A stretch of DNA of 32,000 bases from positions 630,001-662,000 of the forward strand of contig NZ_CP019964.1 of the NCBI RefSeq assembly GCF_002214165.1, written 5' to 3'. The stretch comes from Candidatus Saccharimonadota bacterium (lineage in GTDB: Archaea > Micrarchaeota > Micrarchaeia > Micrarchaeales > Micrarchaeaceae). Positions 9,038-16,355 of the stretch are shown piece after piece (the stretch's first letter is position 1; each line of letters starts with the position of its first letter). Below the pieces are notes generated by a model that was not told the DNA's origin, did no database searches, and worked only from the letters and a program-made list of their open reading frames with translations. The translations under genes were made by a program, and so were the position numbers.

Positions 9038-10189
9038 TCATGCCTTGGCATGCATCGGCTCCAAGTAAGTTGCCAAAGGATACTCCAAAAAATGCGTTAT
9101 CTCCTTGTTGTCCTTTACAATTGGCGAATCGCTGAACTTCTCCAAGTATGCCCAGTAAGGGGAGAATATGAAATTTGCATCTTCCAAGCTGAAATCCATC
9201 CTGTTGCCCTGGCACAGATCGTATAGCTTGTCGGCAAAAATCTCTGCGGTGTTCTTTCCCACGGGATTCCCAGATTCAAGCACCATCATTTTATCGTCGT
9301 ACAATGTCCATACTCCTTTGTACATAGATGTAAATTCAACGTCTGAATTGACATAATCAAGCCTAAGGGTGTAGCCATTGTTGAAAATGAAATCCACAAA
9401 CTTGTGCGCAAGCGCACTTTTTACCCCTTTTGCTATGTAAACATCTGCCTTGAAGCCCTCGGAAAAAAATCTTCCTCCCATGCTGACCACTTCGTGTAGT
9501 CCGGTAGGCAGAGATTCGTGGTATCCTTGGTTAACCGCATAACTCGTGCATGAATCTAGGCTTATTTTATCTGCAAGTGCCCCTTTCAGGTATATTTCAA
9601 AAGGGTGTATCCAATCAAGGAAAATTCCTCCATTGCCAAGGCCAAAAAGCCATGCAGCCCTTCTGCTATCCTCTTCATTCTCGTTTTCAAAGAATACACT
9701 CCTGCTGCTGATTACCTTGCCGTATTTGGTTGTATATTTTTCCAGCAGCAAGCTTAGGTTCAATGTTAGTATCTTGTACGCATAATGAAGATGCAAGTAG
9801 AACTTGCCTTCCAAATTGTTGGATTTTATATATTCAATTACGTGTTGGTAATCTTCTGCGTTTGTTGCTATGGCCTTCTCTACGGCTACCTTCTTGCCAT
9901 GAGAAAGTGCATCTATTATGTGTGCGGCATGAAACTCATTAGGGTCTGATACATATACAACATCTGCTCCTTCAAAGAAATCATCAGGCAATGGCGCATT
10001 GGGAGTCACTGAATAATACCTGCTTTCATCTATCCCCAAGCTTGAAAGGAATTCCTTCTTCTTCTCGTATCTGCTCAAGCCGGAGATTTTATAGAGTTCA
10101 ATCCCCTGCTTCTTCTGTAGAGATGGATAAAGGCGTGAAAACCAGTGCCCGTCGCCTATTGACGCGATTCTATATGCCATGCTTGTCAT
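9038..10189 (-). CDS. divergent glucose-6-phosphate dehydrogenase-like / Gfo-Idh-MocA-fold NAD(P) oxidoreductase
   Basis: 383-aa ORF. By-eye parallels to Zwf: IGDGHWFSRLYPSL vs GxxGDLAxRKLYPAL, VAVEKAIA vs EKPFG, FYLHLHYAYKILTLNL vs RIDHYLGKExVQNL, GGIFLDWIHP vs GALRDMxQNH. Its start overlaps the gnd stop (ATGA). Confidence 0.45.
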   Translation of the reverse strand: MTSMAYRIASIGDGHWFSRLYPSLQKKQGIELYKISGLSRYEKKKEFLSSLGIDESRYYSVTPNAPLPDDFFEGADVVYVSDPNEFHAAHIIDALSHGKKVAVEKAIATNAEDYQHVIEYIKSNNLEGKFYLHLHYAYKILTLNLSLLLEKYTTKYGKVISSRSVFFENENEEDSRRAAWLFGLGNGGIFLDWIHPFEIYLKGALADKISLDSCTSYAVNQGYHESLPTGLHEVVSMGGRFFSEGFKADVYIAKGVKSALAHKFVDFIFNNGYTLRLDYVNSDVEFTSMYKGVWTLYDDKMMVLESGNPVGKNTAEIFADKLYDLCQGNRMDFSLEDANFIFSPYWAYLEKFSDSPIVKDNKEITHFLEYPLATYLEPMHAKA

Positions 10190-11097
10190 GCCTTTTTGAA
10201 TCCGTGCTGTCCAAATTCATTTCTAAGGCCTGCAAGAACCCTCTTCCCCATCCGATAATCCTGGCGTGACTCGTACCTTTCGTACAGCGCATTGGTTATC
10301 GCATTGAATGGAACGGAGAACTCCGCTGCAGTCTGGACTGCCCATCTTCCTTCTCCTGTATCCTCTACAAACGGGGAGATCTCTTTGAGCTTCTCGTCTT
10401 TTGATAGCATATTCAAGGTCAAGTCCATAAGGTAGCCTCTTATTACCGATCCGTGTGTCCAAACCTCGGATATATCTTTGAGGTTCACCGAATCCTTGTA
10501 AGGTCCGCTGCTTATCAAATCAATCCCTTCCGCAATAGATTCCATCATTCCATATTCTATGGCATTGTGAACCATCTTTACAAAATGCCCTGACCCAGCT
10601 GGCCCAATGTATTTGTACCCATCTGGAACACTAACGTCCTTGAATAATCCTGCGAGTTTGTCAAAGGTATTCTTTTCCCCTCCGACCATTATTGACATCC
10701 CATTGCGCGCACCTGAAGGGCCTCCGCTGCATCCTGCATCTACATACTCTACCCCTTTTGACTTAAACATATTATATAGTTCCATAGAGTTCTTGTAGAA
10801 AGCATTAGAACCATCTACGACTATATCCCCCTCATGGAGTTCTGGGAGGATCTTCCTTGAGAATTCGTTTGTTATTTCGCCTGCTGGAAGCATAAGCCAT
10901 ACTATCCTGTTCCCCTTTACCATATTAAGCAATTTTATTGGGTCATCTGAAACCACTGCACCTTTAGCTTCAACCTCCTTCCTTGGCTCTTCAGACCTGT
11001 TGTATGCATATACTTTGTACCCTTTTGAAAGCATATTCAATACCGCATTCTTGCCCATCTTTCCCAAACCCAAAAACACTATCTCTTTATCTGACAT
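10186..11097 (-). CDS. gnd: 6-phosphogluconate dehydrogenase (decarboxylating), short ~300-aa form
   Basis: 303-aa ORF. Rossmann FLGLGKMGKNAV, signature GSGHFVKMVHNAIEYGMM, GEGRWAV. Confidence 0.85.
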   Translation of the reverse strand: MSDKEIVFLGLGKMGKNAVLNMLSKGYKVYAYNRSEEPRKEVEAKGAVVSDDPIKLLNMVKGNRIVWLMLPAGEITNEFSRKILPELHEGDIVVDGSNAFYKNSMELYNMFKSKGVEYVDAGCSGGPSGARNGMSIMVGGEKNTFDKLAGLFKDVSVPDGYKYIGPAGSGHFVKMVHNAIEYGMMESIAEGIDLISSGPYKDSVNLKDISEVWTHGSVIRGYLMDLTLNMLSKDEKLKEISPFVEDTGEGRWAVQTAAEFSVPFNAITNALYERYESRQDYRMGKRVLAGLRNEFGQHGFKKA

Positions 11098-11260
11098 ATT
11101 ATCTACCTAAACCAATGGCTTTTGAGACGCAGAAGAAGCCGGATTCTACTGCATCAACCAGTTTAAGCTGGGACCGCATAATAATTAATAACTTTTTGAT
11201 ATTTGGGTTTACTGTAATCTATTTTTGGCAGGCGGTCCTTAAAATTTAATGGAGAATGAC

Positions 11261-11274
11261 AAAATATTTATATG
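11261..11274 (+). promoter_or_regulatory. TATA-box-like element upstream of the GNAT/histone pair
   Basis: aaaatatttatatg lies about 35-48 nt upstream of ATG 11309, consistent with an archaeal TATA and a short or absent leader. Confidence 0.3.
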
Positions 11275-11308
11275 AACGCTTGGCATATTTGATTGAATCT
11301 TGGTAAAT

Positions 11309-11887
11309 ATGATATTGGAATCTGCTGGAAAGCACATTACTATGAAGCCACTTGAGTACAAAGACGCAATTGATATTAGCGTCTTGGGCAGCGACCTGGA
11401 GATTGCCAGGGTTACCGCGGAGCCGGGAAAGTTTCCATATCCCTATACAATACCAAATGCTGTTTCCTTCATAGCCTATTCAATAAACATGATGCAGTCC
11501 AAATCGGAATTGAACTTTGGGATCCACGACAGCAAGGGCGCATTGATGGGCGTGTTTGGGATATTTAACTTGAATTACTTCACAAGAAAATGTGAGATTG
11601 GATTCTGGTTGGGAAAGAAGTTCTGGAGGAAAGGATTTGGCTCTGAAGGAGTAATGATGCTGATAAAGTTTTCATTTGAAAACCTTGGGATGAACAAGGT
11701 CTATGCAAAGGCATTCTCTGACAATTTGAAAGGTTCAGGTCTGCTTGAAAAGCTTGGATTTGGGTTGGAAGGCGAGCTGAAGGACGAAATCAGATATGGT
11801 AAAAAGTATAAAAATGTTCTCATCTATAGTATCTTGCGCAAGGACTACTTAAAGATTTATAAAAATTACGAGATGAATATTTCTTAA
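11309..11887 (+). CDS. GNAT-family N-acetyltransferase (RimJ/RimL-like)
   Basis: ORF track 11300..11887 starts at TTG; first ATG at 11309. Acetyl-CoA motif region FWRKGFGSEGVMMLIKFSFENLGMNKVYAKAF. Confidence 0.8.
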   Translation: MILESAGKHITMKPLEYKDAIDISVLGSDLEIARVTAEPGKFPYPYTIPNAVSFIAYSINMMQSKSELNFGIHDSKGALMGVFGIFNLNYFTRKCEIGFWLGKKFWRKGFGSEGVMMLIKFSFENLGMNKVYAKAFSDNLKGSGLLEKLGFGLEGELKDEIRYGKKYKNVLIYSILRKDYLKIYKNYEMNIS

Positions 11888-12103
11888 ATGGGTGCTTTGG
11901 TGTATTTCAAAAAGGCTACTATCAAAAAATTATTTAAAGATGCTGGGGCTAGCAGGGTTAGCAATAAGGCACTTCTTTTATTCCAAGATATGATTGAAAA
12001 ACAGGCTTATAAGACTGCGGTTAAATCAGTCAACCTTTCAAAGCACGCAAAGAGGAAAACGGTTGAGGAATCTGATATAAAGCTTGCTGCCTCATCCGAT
12101 TGA
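11888..12103 (+). CDS. archaeal histone (HMf-type histone fold)
   Basis: 71 aa. IKKLFKDAGASRVSNKALLLFQDMIEKQAYKTAVKSVNLSKHAKRKTVEESDIKLA aligns by eye with HMfB (IGRIIKDAGAERVS ... ARHAGRKTIKAEDIELA). Its ATG directly abuts the GNAT stop (TAAATG). Confidence 0.85.
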   Translation: MGALVYFKKATIKKLFKDAGASRVSNKALLLFQDMIEKQAYKTAVKSVNLSKHAKRKTVEESDIKLAASSD

Positions 12104-12139
12104 TGTAAAGATAAGTTTAAAGATTTTTGTTTCCCTAAG

Positions 12140-12580
12140 TTGGTGATGATTATGGGCAACGCAGATTTCAAGAGTGTATTTGCCATGGTTCTTATTCTTG
12201 TCATAGCCTCGGCCAACATCGTAAACTCTTCTGTTGCTAATGAGCAGACAACAGTCCCACTTGTATACAGGGCTATAGTCGGCATAATACTAATAATCAT
12301 AATTATAGTGGCATTGTTGAAGTTCGTAAAGTACGCGATAACCGGCATATTGGTATTCGTGATACTTGTGATACTGCTTTCCACTGCATATTATTTCTTC
12401 AAAACTGGGGCATTCAGCATCTCATACAGCTTAAGGTTCCTTTCGGACATATACAACTTCTTTGTCCAAAATGGGATATCTCATTATGTCTCCAATACTA
12501 TTGTTAACCATACCGCAAATACCAGCACTGCTGTGCATAATTCAACGATTTCTAATTCTACTGCCAATTCGACCAAATGA
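12140..12580 (+). CDS. small multi-pass membrane protein (hypothetical)
   Basis: 146-aa ORF with an N-terminal hydrophobic segment, two further TM helices and a sequon-rich C-terminus. Confidence 0.5.
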   Translation: MVMIMGNADFKSVFAMVLILVIASANIVNSSVANEQTTVPLVYRAIVGIILIIIIIVALLKFVKYAITGILVFVILVILLSTAYYFFKTGAFSISYSLRFLSDIYNFFVQNGISHYVSNTIVNHTANTSTAVHNSTISNSTANSTK

Positions 12581-12585
12581 AGCCT

Positions 12586-12603
12586 AAAAATTTTTAATAC
12601 TTT
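12586..12603 (+). promoter_or_regulatory. TATA-box-like element upstream of RNase P RNA
   Basis: aaaaatttttaatacttt is centred about 25 nt upstream of the predicted RNA 5' end at 12620. Confidence 0.3.
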
Positions 12604-12619
12604 AAAAACAATCCATGAT

Positions 12620-12857
12620 GTGTGGCAAGTGGGCAGCTTACCGAAAGGAGGAAGCTCTCCCCATGCTAAGATGATCAAAATAAGCTTAAGGCTTGATTCG
12701 GAACAGAAACGGCACCTTGAATCCTGAGAATGCGATGACACTACGAGCTTGGAGGAGGGGATGAAACGGCCGATGTGACCATCGATGTGCATGCAAGGTT
12801 TTAAACCGCTTAGTCGAATGCTGCCAAAAACAGAAGGGAGGCTACAACTTGCCACAC
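12620..12857 (+). ncRNA. rnpB: RNase P RNA (archaeal, compact)
   Basis: 11-bp terminal helix GUGUGGCAAGU / ACUUGCCACAC. CR-I-like GGAGGAAGCUCUCCCC; CR-V-like ACAGAAGGGAGGCUAC; the two can form P4 (AGC[U]CUCCC with GGGAGGCU, a bulged U as in the consensus). S-domain-like GGGGAUGAAACGGCC. Locally GC-richer than the flanks. Confidence 0.75.
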
Positions 12858-12870
12858 TCTAATACTATAT

Positions 12871-12989
12871 TGGCGAGGGCGGGATTTGGACCCACGACCT
12901 CTAGATTTCTCGTCATCGCTATAAAAGCTCATCACTCATAATGCTATGCATATGAGTCTAGCGCTCTAACCAGGCTGAGCTACCTCGCC
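12871..12989 (-). tRNA. tRNA with CAU anticodon (elongator Met or Ile2) with 44-nt intron at 37/38
   Basis: Hand-folded cloverleaf: acceptor GGCGAGG/CCUCGCC + A, D arm GCUC-AGCCUGGUUA-GAGC, anticodon stem CUAGA/UCUAG with loop CU-CAU-A, T arm GUGGG-UCCAAAU-CCCGC. Intron 12907-12950 contains UAUGAG complementary to the CUCAUA loop. G1-C72 argues against an initiator. Confidence 0.85.
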
Positions 12990-13105
12990 ATCTTTTAAGG
13001 TTAATATGCAGAATAAACAAATAAGTTTAAGGCAGAATATAATATAAAACTTATCCTTTATACTGCACTTATTTATATCAATAATTATTTAAAATGACAG
13101 GGTGT

Positions 13106-13134
13106 AAACCAAATCGACATTGATAATTTGGTTT
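13106..13134. promoter_or_regulatory. 9-bp perfect inverted repeat (aaaccaaat N11 atttggttt), possible operator
   Basis: Read directly from the sequence. Sits in the 270-bp AT-rich spacer, about 130 nt upstream of the UbiD start. Confidence 0.3.
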
Positions 13135-13262
13135 TATAAGAATGCAAGATGCTATTACAAACTATAAAATTTCATATTTCTGTAGAGCTTTCTAGTTAAT
13201 AAAATAAATGGCTTGTTTAAAAAGATATTTAAACTGTCTTTCATAAATTTACTTGTGAGTAT

Positions 13263-14645
13263 ATGGTACCTGATCTTCGTGAATCTTTGAGTATACTAGA
13301 TAATAAAAAGGAAGTACTGCATGTTGACCAAAAAATAGATATCAACGATGTAGGCAAAGTATTGATGAAAGCTTATCATGATCCAAAGCAGCCTGTAATT
13401 GTTATGAACAATGTAGGGGATAGCAAAATGCCTGTAGTTGCAAACTTGTTCACTTCAAGAGAAAAAGCTGCAATATATTTTGGCACGACTGAGGATAAGC
13501 TTTTTGATAAATTAAACCATGGATTGGCAAACCCTATTAAGCCAAAAGTGATAGAAAATCCTGAATGCCAAGAAGAGGTAATAACAACTAATATAGATTT
13601 AGAAAAGCTCCCTATACCAAAATATAGCCCTGATGATGGAGGCAGATATATAACTCCTGGAATAACCATAAGCAAAGATCCTGAGACTGGTGCTTATGAT
13701 ATGGGCCATTACAGATATGAACTGCTTGGTGGAAACAAGCTCTCATTCCTTGCACAATCTTTCCACAGGTTTGGTATAAATATACAGAAGGCAAAGGCAA
13801 AAGGATTGAAATGTGAGGCAGCAATAATCCTTGGATATGAGCCAGCACTTGGTTTTGCAGCACAGGCAAAAAGCAGCAACCCTGATGATTACGAGGTTGC
13901 AGGAGGACTTTACGGAGAGCCTTTGCAGCTTGCAAAAGCAAAAACAATAGATCTTTTAGTTCCTGCAAGAGCTGAAATGGTTCTCGAACTTGAAATTGAT
14001 TACAATACCCTGGTAAACGAAGGACCCTTGGGTGAATATACTGGTTATTATACACCAGCAAGCCAAAAGCCTGTAGCTATAGTAAAGGCGATTACACAGA
14101 GAAAGAATCCTATGATGCAGGCATTGCTTACAGGAAAACCCTCACCAATTACAGAGAATCATGTATTGAAGCAGATACCTTTTGAAGCTGTTATGTTGGG
14201 AGATCTTAAATCAAAGTTCCCGACAGTTACAGATTTGACTATACCACCTTTTGGCGGTGTTCAGGCTGCTGTGATATTTTCAATGAAGCCACAATTTGCA
14301 GGGCAGGCTAAAGAAGCGATCCTCCATGTACTTGGCTCATTCGTTGCTCCCAAATATGCAATTGCTGTTGATCCCGATATTAACGTACACGACATGGATG
14401 ATGTAATGTGGGCACTTTCTTTCAGAGTAAAGGCGGATAGGGATATTTTCACTATACCCGATACACAAAGGGTGCCATTAGATCCTTCATCACATGAAGG
14501 GAGATCCGAGGCACAGACGGATACCAAGACTGCAGTGGGTGTAGATGCAACTATACCTGTAGGGATAAAGTATCCAGAAGTTGCAGATGTTCCTGGATGG
14601 AAGGATTTTGATGTTCCGGGACTTGACGTTGGAGAGGGAAAATAA
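13263..14645 (+). CDS. UbiD-family (prFMN-dependent) decarboxylase
   Basis: 460-aa ORF. GGRYITPGITISKDPETGAYDMGHYRYEL, LLVPARAEMVLELEI and the hallmark EGPLGEYTGYY. Confidence 0.9.
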   Translation: MVPDLRESLSILDNKKEVLHVDQKIDINDVGKVLMKAYHDPKQPVIVMNNVGDSKMPVVANLFTSREKAAIYFGTTEDKLFDKLNHGLANPIKPKVIENPECQEEVITTNIDLEKLPIPKYSPDDGGRYITPGITISKDPETGAYDMGHYRYELLGGNKLSFLAQSFHRFGINIQKAKAKGLKCEAAIILGYEPALGFAAQAKSSNPDDYEVAGGLYGEPLQLAKAKTIDLLVPARAEMVLELEIDYNTLVNEGPLGEYTGYYTPASQKPVAIVKAITQRKNPMMQALLTGKPSPITENHVLKQIPFEAVMLGDLKSKFPTVTDLTIPPFGGVQAAVIFSMKPQFAGQAKEAILHVLGSFVAPKYAIAVDPDINVHDMDDVMWALSFRVKADRDIFTIPDTQRVPLDPSSHEGRSEAQTDTKTAVGVDATIPVGIKYPEVADVPGWKDFDVPGLDVGEGK

Positions 14646-14663
14646 TATTAATTGGTTGATAAT

Positions 14664-16202
14664 ATGGGATCATTGATTATTGGAGCAGTAACGCTGATTA
14701 TACCTTTAGTGGCTTTGTTCATATCTTTCATGTTTGCAAAGCTTGATGCGTTGAAATCGGCATTTGTTGGATTTATAGTTGAACTTGCAATGGTAGTGCT
14801 TTTCTATCCATCTGCAAGGATTGTCGATGCATCAATATGGGGTACTTTTGAGACTTATTCCATATTCGGAGTTATATGGACAGGCATGATATTTGGTATC
14901 ATGTACCGTGAAACCGGCCTTTTAAGGAGACTTTTGGACGTATTGCACAGTGTTATACACAGCGGCTGGGGATTAGTTGCCGCTCTTGGGGGAGTAATAC
15001 AAGGTATATTAGGTGCATTCAACGGTTTTGCGGTGTACCCAATTGCAATACCTGGCATAAAGGAACTTGGATATGAACCATGGCGTTCCGCAACAGGTTA
15101 TCTTGTACTTGCATCATGGACAATACCATTGGTCAGCCTTTGGATAGCAGGTTCACTTGCAAGTGCCGCATCCCATATCCCTGTTCCAACAATGGCACCA
15201 TTTGTTGGAATGATAACAATACCGTTGATCTTCATCGCAGTGTTTGGAGGGATGAAGATACTTAATGAAAAATTCAATAAGGAAAACCTTACTATTGCAG
15301 CTTTGTACATTATAAGCGGCATTGTAAGCATTATAGTATTCGCGATACTTATACCAAGTGCATACTTGCTTACATTGATAGCTTCGGGATTTCTTACCTT
15401 GATACTATTCGTCCTGTATTCAAAGCATTTGAAGCAAGATTCAACAGATATACAGAAATTCAGCTTGTCTGGTATACTTAAACCATTCGGGCCGATAATA
15501 GTTGGGATAGTACTTATATTACTTTGGACATATCCACTTGCAGGTTTGGTTGCAAAGGCAAATTACGTGCTTAAACTATGGACTTATGCACCGGTTTCAA
15601 TTAACCTTCTTACGACACCTGCATTCTTCATATTCGTGGTTGCATTGAGCACTTATATGTTCAAGATAAAGCCTGATGAGAATAAGGGAAAGCAGAAGCC
15701 AGCAACTCCAGTAACAAAGCCACTTGGAGTCTGGAGTTCGTTGGTGAAGGGCAGCAGGATGTCAGGAAATTCGCTGCTTACGACATTTTTAGGTGCAACA
15801 TTTGCAGGTGTAGCAATAGCGAGTGGTCAAGTCGCTGCTATAACAAAACTTATGGCAGAAGCAGGAAGCTTGTTCTACCCTATAGTGCTTAATATTTTCT
15901 CTTGGGGAACTGGAATAGTGTTTGCAACAGGAACAGTTGCGGCATTCCTTATAAGTGCACCCCAGGTTGCGGTTGCTAGTGCACTTACATTGCCTGTAGG
16001 ATTATTGCTTGGAGTTGTGGTTATTATGACAATGGGTCCTGCAAATCCATTAAAACCTTCCTTGATAGCTTACACTGCAACATTGGCAGGGGCGCCTTCA
16101 AAGGACCAGTCGAAGATATTTAACAACGCATTGGTTTGGATGGCAATAGAGCTTGTGGTTGCACTTATCACAACATTTGTGATAACGTATTTGGTTATTT
16201 AA
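14664..16202 (+). CDS. LctP (L-lactate/glycolate permease) family transporter, copy 1
   Basis: ORF track 14652..16202 starts at TTG; ATG at 14664. Polytopic. Segments parallel E. coli LldP by eye ([31 protein letters not shown] vs [51 protein letters not shown] vs [20 protein letters not shown]). Confidence 0.75.
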   Translation: [512 protein letters not shown]

Positions 16203-16355
16203 TTTTTACTTTAGATTTTGTAAATTTTGAATATTAATTTAGTTTATTCTTCTGACTTTATGTATTTATTAGTAAATTTATATTTTAGGACCGGTTAAGA
16301 TTAAAAGAAAAACTGGGTATTTTGATAATGCCCGAGAGTTGATATCATAGTATCG

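Noticed and set aside
12632-12825. GGCAGC / GCUGCC complementarity as helix P2 of RNase P RNA
   Set aside because: The 3' partner lies upstream of the P4 3' strand, which is topologically incompatible with canonical P2. The complementarity is probably coincidental or a different contact, so it was not used as evidence.
12484-12855. 123-aa minus-strand ORF in the ORF track
   Set aside because: It lies antisense across the predicted RNase P RNA and the 3' end of the 12140 gene. Its sequence is Cys/Ser/Leu-rich with no motif. The structured-RNA interpretation explains the region better.
13376-14527. Antisense ORFs inside the UbiD gene (13376..13675, 13612..14061, 14261..14527)
   Set aside because: These are shadow ORFs of a well-supported gene with no recognisable features.
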